This document shows, piece after piece, positions 7,942-16,099 of a stretch of DNA of 55,314 nucleotides (positions are counted from its first letter, which is position 1; the number at the start of each line of letters is the position of its first letter). Source of the DNA: Gemmatimonadaceae bacterium (GTDB lineage Bacteria; Gemmatimonadota; Gemmatimonadetes; Gemmatimonadales; Gemmatimonadaceae); NCBI GenBank assembly GCA_025453855.1, contig JALOPO010000001.1, positions 1 to 55,314 on the forward strand, given 5' to 3'. The notes beneath the pieces are model-generated. The model was given only the letters and a program-made list of their open reading frames with translations, made no database searches and was not told where the DNA came from. The position numbers and the translations under genes were made by a program.

Positions 7942-10566
7942 TCAGTGCGGCTTTCGGCGCCGCACCGCGATGATGCGCACATCAGCCCCTTGCCGCCGCC
8001 GCATCCAGGCCATCGCGAGGGCGCGCGGCATTCGCTCGATCTCGCCCGCGCGCGCCGCACGACTCCACGCATCCCAGAGGGCTGCGAAGTTGGGACGCCG
8101 GCCGGGCATCACCAGGAAGTCGATGACGGGCCGCTGGTGGAGCAGCGGATGGCGCCAGTCGGTGGCCTCGCTCAGGGCCGAGTGCTTCGCGGTGTCGATG
8201 GGCACCGAGTAGTCCTTCTTGAGGGTGCTGACGCGGTCGGTCGTCGCGCGCGCGGCCAATGCGTCCGGCTCGAATCGGGTGACGCGTCCCATGCTGTCGC
8301 ACCGCTCGAATGTGACTCCATCGAGCGCGAGGACCCCTAGGCAGTGCGTCGCCCACCACAAGCGTGTCACGTGGGGGGTGAGCAGCCACGGCCACCGGCG
8401 AGCGGCCTCGCCGTCGTTCAGCGGGATCGGATCGGCGATGATCCCGTACTCGTCCAGCCGCATGCCACGCATGGCGGCGAGCAGCGCAGCCCGGAAGCGC
8501 ACCCGGAGCCCGTGGGCATCGGCGTACGCCCCTGGCGTCACCTTGCCCCGCCGCGGGCGCCGCCACTTGCCGCCGTCGGTCACGAACAGCGCGAACGTGC
8601 CAGCGTGCAGTGCTTCCCGCATAGTCGCGTCGGCGGCGATCAAGCTTCGACGCTTGAGCGTGGGGAGCCACACGTGCGTCAGGTACTCGGCCAGCCACCG
8701 GTAGTCCACCGCAACGCGAGGCCACTGCCAGTGTCGCTGCCCGAAGTTCCTCGTCTTCAGCATCGCGAGCTCGTTGCCGAGCGTGACCGCGACTGCGGCT
8801 CCGCCGTAGTGCGAGTCCACCCGGGTGATCTTCTCGAGTGAGCCGTCCGCCGCGTAGGTCGCCTCGATGGTGACCTCCGTTTCGCGCACGCCCACGCGGG
8901 CGGCCCAGTGATTGCGGCAGCGCACGGGGTCGCCGACGAATGCCGCAAAGGCGAGCCACTGCCGCAGGCCCTCGCGATAGGCCTCCTCGGCTCGGTCGAG
9001 CTCCGGGTGCGACTCGCCCCCCTGCCTCCCGCGCTCAATCCGCTCGCCCTTCTGCGCATCAAGCCGGCTTCGCATGCCGTCGCACACTGCCCGCAGGCGA
9101 GACAGCTCGCACTCGGTCCACCAAGGCAGCGCAAAGGCGAGTGCCCAGGGCAGCGAGAACATGGTCGCGGCCTCGCGCTTGTTCTTGACGGGAGTCTCGG
9201 TGCCGAGCACGGACATGAGCGATTCGCGCGCCGTGCGCCATGCCGCCTCCGCTTGTGCGCGCTCGGCGGCCGCCTTCGGCGCGAGCACTCGGCCCTTGGT
9301 GTGGACGGCCGCCACATGCTGCGCCGCGCGCCACGCCGCGTCCGCGTCGGCGCGGACGGAGGGCACGAGGCCGCTCGAGAGCCCGGGGGACGCCTTGAGC
9401 AGGAGGCCGGTGCGGGCTGCCCACACCAGCACGGCTAGGAGGGCAGGGAGCCCGTCAGGCGTGGCTTCGGTCTCGCCGAGCAGGGAGTCGTCGTGAACCG
9501 CGTCGCGCTGCTGCAGTTCGTGCTCATTGAGATAGATCGGGAGCGGCTCAGTCCACCACCGCCAGAGGCGCGTCGTACGCGCGAGGTCGTGAGGGACGAC
9601 CCCCGCCTGTGCCGCGTGGAAGGCGAAGGCCACGATGCGGAGGAGTGCGGCCTCCATGTGGTCCAACGTCGTGTCCGAGCAGGCGATGCCCCCGGTGCGC
9701 CGCAGCGCCTGCCAGCGCTCGACGAGCGCGACCAGCGCCGGGACGACTGGACGCGCGATGTCCAGATGGCCGGCGACGGTCCCCGCGAGCCGACGGCTGG
9801 CGACGAGCCGTGCGGGCACGGGCCAGTGCGGAATCCCGGGGACCTGCAGGGCCGCCAGTTGTCCCAAGGCGGACCGCACGGCGAACCGAGTCTGGCGCTT
9901 CGGGACAAGCGTCGCGAGGCGCTTCCCCAAGGCGAGCGGTTCATTCGGCAGCTCGTCCGGCTGGAAGCCCGCCGCAGTGCAGGCGACCGCCAGGTGCATC
10001 AGGCCCGTGACGACCCCCTCGGTGACCGCCGGGCGATGGGCGCGCACCGCCGCGACCACCTGCTGCCACTCCTCGCTGAGCCGCGAGGTGCGAAGACGCA
10101 CGGGCGCCTTGTCACTAAAGCCGGACACGAGAGCCGTTAGGAGCCGACTTGCCCGCGTGCGGGCGGTGCGGCGCGAGTCGGGCGTGCTCCGCAACGACGC
10201 CACCGCCTCGGGAACGCGGTGCAGGAGCGCCCGGATGTCGGCTCCCTGCGGCCCGTGCTCGAGCGCGTAGCGCGCGCGCCCGACGCTCGCCTCGTCGGGC
10301 GTGAGGGTCGAGAGTGCGGCGTGCACGAGACCAGAGTGGACGTCGCTCCATGCGGACTGCACGGTGCTGGCCGACCATGTGCCCCAGTGCCCGTCCTCGC
10401 CGAGACACTTGGCCGTCAGCCCGGCACGCAGGTGCGGCTGCACCAGCGCGTGGAGATCCGCGAAGCGGATCGGCTGGGCGAGAGAAAGGCGGTGCGTGAG
10501 GCTCCGGGCCGCCTTGGTTCGACGACGTGACGGGCCATGATCCTTGTTCGTTCGGTTCCGCTGCAT
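7942..10566 (-). CDS. Giant (874 aa) tyrosine-recombinase-like protein
   Basis: The ATG at 10566 has GGAGG 5 nt upstream. The C-terminal region has LLTPHVTRLWWATH (HxxR) and ATTDRVSTLKKDYS (candidate catalytic Y). The long N-terminal extension is unrecognised. Confidence 0.5.
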   Translation of the reverse strand: MQRNRTNKDHGPSRRRTKAARSLTHRLSLAQPIRFADLHALVQPHLRAGLTAKCLGEDGHWGTWSASTVQSAWSDVHSGLVHAALSTLTPDEASVGRARYALEHGPQGADIRALLHRVPEAVASLRSTPDSRRTARTRASRLLTALVSGFSDKAPVRLRTSRLSEEWQQVVAAVRAHRPAVTEGVVTGLMHLAVACTAAGFQPDELPNEPLALGKRLATLVPKRQTRFAVRSALGQLAALQVPGIPHWPVPARLVASRRLAGTVAGHLDIARPVVPALVALVERWQALRRTGGIACSDTTLDHMEAALLRIVAFAFHAAQAGVVPHDLARTTRLWRWWTEPLPIYLNEHELQQRDAVHDDSLLGETEATPDGLPALLAVLVWAARTGLLLKASPGLSSGLVPSVRADADAAWRAAQHVAAVHTKGRVLAPKAAAERAQAEAAWRTARESLMSVLGTETPVKNKREAATMFSLPWALAFALPWWTECELSRLRAVCDGMRSRLDAQKGERIERGRQGGESHPELDRAEEAYREGLRQWLAFAAFVGDPVRCRNHWAARVGVRETEVTIEATYAADGSLEKITRVDSHYGGAAVAVTLGNELAMLKTRNFGQRHWQWPRVAVDYRWLAEYLTHVWLPTLKRRSLIAADATMREALHAGTFALFVTDGGKWRRPRRGKVTPGAYADAHGLRVRFRAALLAAMRGMRLDEYGIIADPIPLNDGEAARRWPWLLTPHVTRLWWATHCLGVLALDGVTFERCDSMGRVTRFEPDALAARATTDRVSTLKKDYSVPIDTAKHSALSEATDWRHPLLHQRPVIDFLVMPGRRPNFAALWDAWSRAARAGEIERMPRALAMAWMRRRQGADVRIIAVRRRKPH

Positions 10567-10674
10567 GCTGCCTCCGATCTTGAGGTGGTGACGCGAGTGT
10601 CCTCGCGGAGGCAGGCTGCCCGCTGGTGGCGGGGGGCGGCGAGGCGCTTGTGCGGGCGCGGGGAGCCCACGGCT

Positions 10675-10809
10675 CGGGTCACGCCGGGTCACGCACTTAG
10701 GGCAGCGCGTTGTACGGCTAGGACATCTTCTTCATCGGCGAGATTCAGGTGTCCGAACCGAACAACTCAACCAGCGGTCAGCGCGGTAATCGGGTCAAGT
10801 CGGGTCACG
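10675..10809. repeat. Two pairs of 10-bp-phased direct repeats CGGGTCA(C/A)G
   Basis: CGGGTCACG at 10675 and 10685. CGGGTCAAG at 10791 and CGGGTCACG at 10801. The repeats sit upstream of the 874-aa gene. Confidence 0.6.
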
Positions 10810-10920
10810 ACAACGCGTTGCCACCGAGACCTTGGCCGGTGTCCGTGCACGGGCCAACAACAAGAGCCGTAGCCCCGGCGCGCACGGGGAAGGTCGTGCA
10901 CGCCGGGGGCGGCGTAGACA

Positions 10921-11763
10921 CTACTTGACGTCAGTCGCCATGGGCTTCTGCGCCCTCGTGCGCCGCAGGCGGCTCGCGCTCGCGGCGGTGACCTGGTCCT
11001 GCAGCTCCTTGCGCGCCCGCTCCGTGGCGGCGAGCTCACCCTCCAAGCGACTGGCGGCGGACTTCGCCTCGAGGGTGACATCGCGCTGCCGGGCGGTCTC
11101 CGCCTCCGCGCGGTCCGCCCGTGCTCGCGCAGCTTCGAGGTCCACCTGCAGACGTGCGAGCTGCTCGGCGACGGCGACCGCGTCGGCCTGAGCGCGCTCC
11201 TGCTGCAGGAGCACCTTGGCGCGGAGCTCTCCGACCTCCTCCTCGGCACGGTCGCACCGACCGCGCAGCTCATCGAGGTCACGGCGCGCCACGTCGAGGG
11301 CGGTACTGGCGTCGTCCGCTCGCGCGGAAGCCTCCTGCGCGACTGCGTTCGCCCTGTTCAGGTCATCCACGAGCTCGTCGCGGTCGGCGCGCAGCTCCTG
11401 TTCGACCTCCTGCAGCCGACGCAGCTCGGCGTCGCGGCTCGCGGCCACTTGGGCGCCGAGCTCCCGGCGCGCCTTCAGCACCAGGCGCTTGAGAGTGAGC
11501 ACCGCGGCGTTCCACTCGTCGTCCACCGGGCCGTCGAACGCCTCGCCGGACGACGACGCCCGCTGGAGGCTGACCTCCCCATCCGCGCCGGCCGCCAGCT
11601 CCTCGTCGTCCCGGAGCGCCGCCAGCACTCGACCGGCGACCTCGCCGCTGCACCCCGCCTCCTGTCGGAGCCGCCGGTACGTGAGCGCTCCCCGCTGCTG
11701 CAGCAACCGCGCGGTCTCCACCAACTCGATCCACCGATCCGATCCGGGTTCCACCCGCTTCAT
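10921..11763 (-). CDS. KfrA-like DNA-binding coiled-coil protein
   Basis: The N-terminal WIELVETARLLQQRGALTYRRLRQEAGCSGEVAGRVLAAL resembles the KfrA_N DNA-binding domain. About 200 aa of Ala/Arg/Glu-rich coiled coil follow. Confidence 0.6.
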   Translation of the reverse strand: MKRVEPGSDRWIELVETARLLQQRGALTYRRLRQEAGCSGEVAGRVLAALRDDEELAAGADGEVSLQRASSSGEAFDGPVDDEWNAAVLTLKRLVLKARRELGAQVAASRDAELRRLQEVEQELRADRDELVDDLNRANAVAQEASARADDASTALDVARRDLDELRGRCDRAEEEVGELRAKVLLQQERAQADAVAVAEQLARLQVDLEAARARADRAEAETARQRDVTLEAKSAASRLEGELAATERARKELQDQVTAASASRLRRTRAQKPMATDVK

Positions 11764-12062
11764 TGGGCCACCTGTGCTTCCGTTCACTCCTGCGCTGGGC
11801 CGGTCGGTCGATCCGGTCATGCCGGAGGGCTGGCCGGCCGGCGGCTCGGCCACTTGGCGAGCGCACGGGGTCAGCGTGGATAGTGTGGGCGGCTCGGCTG
11901 GGGGCGCCCACTCTGGACGCGTGCGGGGCGATCCGGCCGGGTGCAACGGCCATCTGTGGCTTCCTCGCTCCCACTGGGCCGTGGTCGATCCGGATCGACA
12001 GCGATCCGGATTGCCTCGCCCGATCCGGATCCTCCTCGATCCGGATCAGAACTGATCCGGTC
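11728..12062. repeat. Array of GATCCGG(AT) motifs upstream of the kfrA-like gene
   Basis: At least 8 copies. Five are regularly spaced (16-19 bp) at 11987, 12003, 12022, 12038 and 12054. They include the perfect 14-bp palindrome TCGATCCGGATCGA at 11985-11998. Confidence 0.7.
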
Positions 12063-12241
12063 CACCGGCCGCCGCCCGCAGCCTCGCCTGCCTGTCCTAG
12101 GCTCTGTGCGACAGGGTGTGGAACGAGCGTCGGAACTCGGGGCTCTGGCGCCCGCCATGCGGTTACATGTTCAGCTCGCCGCGGCCCGTGGCGCGGAGTG
12201 GAGGGTACGCTTCGACCGGGGCGCGCACGTCTCGTCTGGGA

Positions 12242-12268
12242 GGGGTTTCGAGCAGTGCTCGAAACCCC
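12242..12268 (-). terminator. Hairpin downstream of the Cys-rich micro-ORF
   Basis: GGGGTTTCGAG-cagtg-CTCGAAACCCC, an 11-bp perfect stem. No U-tract on the minus strand, which is common in high-GC genomes. Confidence 0.5.
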
Positions 12269-12331
12269 TGGTTGTAGGAACGCCGGCTGGTCACTCGGCG
12301 GTCGTGCAACGTTCTACAAGGTGGCCGGCAA

Positions 12332-12457
12332 TCAGTCGCAGCAGCACTTTCCGCAGCACGGGCTGCCGTCACACCCGCAGGTGCAGGACGGGCAGTCGCA
12401 GCAGCACGCGTCGGTGCAGCAGGTGTCAGTGCGGGTAGCGTAGTCAGCGGTCGTCAT
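12332..12457 (-). CDS. 41-aa cysteine-rich peptide, metallothionein-like (not in the ORF track)
   Basis: MTTADYATRTDTCCTDACCCDCPSCTCGCDGSPCCGKCCCD, with 14 Cys. The ATG overlaps the TGA of the upstream merR-family gene (ATGA). GAGG lies 8 nt upstream and the ORF ends in TGA. Confidence 0.6.
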   Translation of the reverse strand: MTTADYATRTDTCCTDACCCDCPSCTCGCDGSPCCGKCCCD

Positions 12458-12981
12458 CGTCGTGACCTCGGGTTGGATGGGGGAAGGTCCTGCTCTTGGA
12501 AGCCTAGGCGGACCAGCGCGTCGCCTGGGGTCGTGCCCGCGTCGTCAAGCGCCTCGTCGTCGCGCGCCTCGTCGAGGGCGCCGATGATGGGGCAACTCGC
12601 GTCGTCTGTCGGGCCGTCGGGTCCGCAGGTCGCCTCGCACGTCTCGACGAGGTCGGCCAGCGCGCCGCGGAGCGCCAGGAGCTGCCGGACGCGGTCGTCG
12701 ATGTCGCGGACCTTGGCCGCGGCCACCTCGCGCGCTGCGACCGCGGCCGCCGGCCGCCGCGCGTCGTCCCGCAGCCGCACGAGCTCTTCGACCTCAGCGA
12801 GCGTGAAGCCGAGCGCCTGGGCGCGCTTGATGAACCGCACCAAGGCCGCCGCCTCGGGCGGGTACTCGCGGTAGCCACTCGCGCGGCGGCCGGTGGGCCG
12901 CAGCAGCCCACGCCGCTCGTAATACCGGAGCGCATCGACGCTCACGCCCGTCCGGGCGGCGAGGGTGCCGATGCGGAGCAC
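12454..12981 (-). CDS. MerR-family metal-responsive regulator (ORF is open to 13128; start uncertain)
   Basis: HTH LRIGTLAARTGVSVDALRYYERRGLL, a coiled dimerisation helix, and a C-terminal Cys loop ETCEATCGPDGPTDDASC. The GTG at 12981 has GAGG upstream. The GTG at 13128 would sit at the predicted transcription start. Confidence 0.7.
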   Translation of the reverse strand: MLRIGTLAARTGVSVDALRYYERRGLLRPTGRRASGYREYPPEAAALVRFIKRAQALGFTLAEVEELVRLRDDARRPAAAVAAREVAAAKVRDIDDRVRQLLALRGALADLVETCEATCGPDGPTDDASCPIIGALDEARDDEALDDAGTTPGDALVRLGFQEQDLPPSNPRSRR

Positions 12982-13134
12982 GTCGCCTCGGTGAGACCCC
13001 CTCAGCGCCTGGGGAAGGGCCTCACTCACTGGGGCACCCGCATGGCCCGACGCACGGCCCGGCGCACGGCCCGGCGCACGTGTGTCGGGGTTCCGAGGAC
13101 GGTAGGTGGCGGCGGGGGGAATGGTCACAAATGA

Positions 13135-13166
13135 ATCCTACACTCTGGAGCGCGCTCCAGAGTCAA
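13135..13166 (-). promoter_or_regulatory. ZntR-type MerR operator-promoter
   Basis: The minus strand reads TTGACT-CTGGAGCGCGCTCCAGAGTG-TAGGAT, with a 20-bp spacer. It contains the 22-bp palindrome ACTCTGGAG-CGCG-CTCCAGAGT. Confidence 0.7.
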
Positions 13167-13639
13167 GGGGCGGTGCCCTCCTCCCCCGCAGACACATCCC
13201 AGGTGTTGCCGAGGGTGCGCAGGATCTGGCAGTCGGCGACGGCGCGTCCGCCGCGGCACTCACCGATCACGCGTATCAGCTCGGTCCGGAGGGCCGCGAG
13301 TTGCGCGAGTTTCGCCTCGACCTGCGCCAGGTGGGCGCGCGCGAGCTGGTCGACGTCGGCACACGGCCGTCCGGGGTCGTCGGACAGCGACATCAGGTCC
13401 CGCACCTCGTCGAGCGAGAAGCCCAGATCCCGGGCGCGCCGCACGAACCCGAGCCGCTCGACGTCGACCGCGCCGTACCGCCGGTACCGTCCCGCGCCGG
13501 CGCGGGCGGGCGCGGGGAGCACGCCGACGCGCTCGTAGTAGCGGATCGTCTCGGGTGTGGTTCCCGTGCATGCGGCGAGCTCGCCGATGACCAGGGTGGC
13601 GGCCGCGGGAGGCGGAGGGACGGTCGGCGGGCTCGACAT
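13163..13639 (-). CDS. MerR-family regulator, PbrR/CadR-like divalent-metal sensor
   Basis: HTH LVIGELAACTGTTPETIRYYERVGVL. Cys in PCADV (the position-79-like ligand typical of divalent sensors) plus a C-X8-C loop ECRGGRAVADC. Confidence 0.75.
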   Translation of the reverse strand: MSSPPTVPPPPAAATLVIGELAACTGTTPETIRYYERVGVLPAPARAGAGRYRRYGAVDVERLGFVRRARDLGFSLDEVRDLMSLSDDPGRPCADVDQLARAHLAQVEAKLAQLAALRTELIRVIGECRGGRAVADCQILRTLGNTWDVSAGEEGTAP

Positions 13640-13659
13640 GGCCGGGTATCGTGCGGGGG

Positions 13660-13690
13660 TTGACCTTGTAGTTGCTACAGGGTGCAAGAT
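13660..13690 (+). promoter_or_regulatory. PbrR/CadR-type MerR operator-promoter (divergent)
   Basis: TTGACC-(19 bp containing the dyad CTTGTAG-ttg-CTACAGG)-CAAGAT. It sits between the merR-family gene and the TonB receptor gene. Confidence 0.7.
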
Positions 13691-13696
13691 ACTGGC

Positions 13697-16099
13697 ATGC
13701 GAACCCTTCGCCATCTGAGCCCCTATCCCTACCTGGGCCCACTGCCCCGCGTCGTCCTACTCAGCGTGGCTGTCGTTGCTGCCGTGGCCCCGGGGCGCCC
13801 CGCCGCCGCCCAGCCCGCGGCGACCGCCCGCGATACCCTCGCCACGCTGCGCGTGCGGGTCCGGCGGGACACCGTGCCCGTCGAGGGCGTGGTGGTCCGG
13901 AGCGGCCGCACAGGGACACCCACGGACGCGTCCGGGGCGGCCACCCTACGCCTCCCTGCGGGGCCGCACGCGATCATCACGGCGCGCATTGGCTTCCGGC
14001 CCGACACCACGCGGCTCACGCTGCGCGCGGGTCAGGACACTGCCATCGTGGTGCGGCTCGCCGAGCAGGGGTCGGCCCTCGAGGCCGTCGTCGTGACGTC
14101 CACGCGCGGCGAGCGCCGCATCGAGGACACGCCGCTTCGGGTCGAGGTGCTCGACGAGGAGGAGATCGCCGAGAAGGTGGCGATGACGCCGGGTGACATC
14201 GCCATGATGGTCAACGAGACGAGCGGGCTCCGGGTGCAGACTACCAACCCGTCTCTCGGCGGCGCCAACGTTCGCATCCAGGGGCTCCGCGGCCGGTACT
14301 CGCTCATCCTCGCCGACGGGCTGCCGCTCTACGGCGGCCAGGCGGGCGGGCTCGGGCTGCTGCAGATCCCGCCGGTGGACCTCGGGCGCGTCGAGATCAT
14401 CAAGGGCAGCGCGTCGGCACTCTACGGCAGTTCGGCGCTGGGCGGCGTGATCAACCTGGTGAGCCGACGCCCCGGCGACGACCGTGACGGTACGGCGCTC
14501 GTGAACCAGACCTCGCGCGGCGGCACCGACGGGGTGGCGTTCCTGTCCGGGCCCGCGTCGGAGCGGTGGGGGTACACGCTGCTCGCCGGCGCGCACCAGC
14601 AGCGGCGGAACGACCTGGACGGCGACGGCTGGACCGACATGCCCGGGTACGAGCGCGCGGTCGTCCGGCCCCGCTTCTACTTCGACGACGGCCGCGGGCG
14701 CACGGCGTTCCTGACGGGCGGGGTCACCGCCGAGAACCGGACGGGCGGCACGCTCGACGGCCGCACGGTGCCGGACGGCGGCCCGTACGGCGAGGCGCTG
14801 CGCACGCGGCGCGCGGACGTGGGCGGGCTCGCGCGATGGGTGGCCCCGGACTCCGGAGGCTTGGCCGGCATCGGCGCGCTCCGCGGGTCCATCCTCACCG
14901 TGCGGGGCTCCGCCGTCGAGCAGCGCCACGGCCACCGGTTCGGCGCGGTCCGGGAGGAAGACCGGCACCGCACCTGGTTCGGCGAGGCGGCCCTGACGGT
15001 CCCGCGCGTCGTCGGCGGCCGACCCGTGACCACGGTCCTCGGCGCCGCGCTCCAGCAGGACGCCTACCGCAACGCCGACGTCGCCGGCTTCGACTACACG
15101 TTCACGGTCCCTGCGGCGTTCGCGCAGCTCGACGTCTACCCGGCTGCCTGGCTGTCGCTCTCGGCCAGCGCGCGCCTCGACGCGCACAACGCGTACGGCA
15201 CGTTCGTGAACCCGCGGGTCTCGGCGCTCCTGCGCCGGCCGAGTGAGGGCGCGCTCGCCGGCTGGACGACGCGGCTCTCGGGCGGCACGGGGGCGTTTGC
15301 CCCCACGCCGTTCACCGAGGAGACCGAGGCCACGGGGCTCGCTCCCTTGGCCCCGCTGGCGGGCCTCGTGGCCGAGCGGGCGCGCAGCGCCTCGCTGGAC
15401 GTCGGCGGGCCCGTCGCGACGGCGCTCGGCCGGCTGGAGGTCAACGTAACGGCGTTCGGCTCGCGCATCGCGCACCCGCTCGCGGTCGTGGACGCCGCCG
15501 GCGTCACGGCCGCCGGCGCGCGTCGCATCGCCCTGCAAAACGCCCCCTTACCAACGCGCACCTGGGGCGGCGAGTTCCTCGCGCGCCTCGTGCACCCGCT
15601 GGGCGAGGAGCTCCCCGGCGGTGAGGAAGCGCCGTCTCTGCGGATCACGGGCACGTACACGTACCTGCGCTCGAGGGAGTGCGACCCGGATCGCGCGTCC
15701 GCAGGCGCGGCCTGCGCACGCCGTGAGGTGCCGCTGACGCCCCGGCACGCCGCGGGCGTCGTCACGACCCTGGAGCAGGAGGGGATGGGCCGCGTGGGGC
15801 TCGAGGTCTACTACACGGGGCGGCAGACGCTCGAGAACGACCCGTACCGCGCCGAGAGCCGACCGTACGTCGTCGTGGGGCTGTTAGGCGAGCGGGCGTT
15901 CGCGACGCCGGCTGGCGTCGCCCGGCTGTTCGTCAACCTGGAGAACCTGACCAACGTGCGACAGACCCGGTTCGACCCGCTGCTGCTGCCCAGCCGCGGC
16001 CAGGGAGGGCGGTGGGCGACGGACGCGTGGACGGAGCTCACCGGCTTCACCGTCAACGCCGGCGTGCGGCTCGGCTTCGGGCATCGGGAGGACCGATGA
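13697..16099 (+). CDS. TonB-dependent receptor with N-terminal carboxypeptidase-regulatory-like domain
   Basis: Signal peptide. Plug motifs VVVTSTRGERRIEDTPLRVEVL, GLRVQTTN.., RIQGLRGRYSLILADG and IEIIKGSASALYGSSALGGVINLV, followed by a long beta-barrel. Confidence 0.85.
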   Translation: MRTLRHLSPYPYLGPLPRVVLLSVAVVAAVAPGRPAAAQPAATARDTLATLRVRVRRDTVPVEGVVVRSGRTGTPTDASGAATLRLPAGPHAIITARIGFRPDTTRLTLRAGQDTAIVVRLAEQGSALEAVVVTSTRGERRIEDTPLRVEVLDEEEIAEKVAMTPGDIAMMVNETSGLRVQTTNPSLGGANVRIQGLRGRYSLILADGLPLYGGQAGGLGLLQIPPVDLGRVEIIKGSASALYGSSALGGVINLVSRRPGDDRDGTALVNQTSRGGTDGVAFLSGPASERWGYTLLAGAHQQRRNDLDGDGWTDMPGYERAVVRPRFYFDDGRGRTAFLTGGVTAENRTGGTLDGRTVPDGGPYGEALRTRRADVGGLARWVAPDSGGLAGIGALRGSILTVRGSAVEQRHGHRFGAVREEDRHRTWFGEAALTVPRVVGGRPVTTVLGAALQQDAYRNADVAGFDYTFTVPAAFAQLDVYPAAWLSLSASARLDAHNAYGTFVNPRVSALLRRPSEGALAGWTTRLSGGTGAFAPTPFTEETEATGLAPLAPLAGLVAERARSASLDVGGPVATALGRLEVNVTAFGSRIAHPLAVVDAAGVTAAGARRIALQNAPLPTRTWGGEFLARLVHPLGEELPGGEEAPSLRITGTYTYLRSRECDPDRASAGAACARREVPLTPRHAAGVVTTLEQEGMGRVGLEVYYTGRQTLENDPYRAESRPYVVVGLLGERAFATPAGVARLFVNLENLTNVRQTRFDPLLLPSRGQGGRWATDAWTELTGFTVNAGVRLGFGHREDR

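Noticed and set aside
11985-12062. Regularly spaced short repeats, considered as a possible CRISPR array
   Set aside because: The units are 9-14 bp with 16-19 bp periodicity. There are no 25-40 bp repeats or unique spacers, and no cas genes. I interpret them as protein-binding iterons.
13682-13696. GTG at 13682 as the TonB receptor start, and GTG at 13128 as the MerR-family start, as given by the longest ORFs
   Set aside because: Both codons lie inside or at the edge of the predicted MerR-type promoters (spacer/-10 or TSS). The downstream ATG at 13697 and GTG at 12981 are more plausible.
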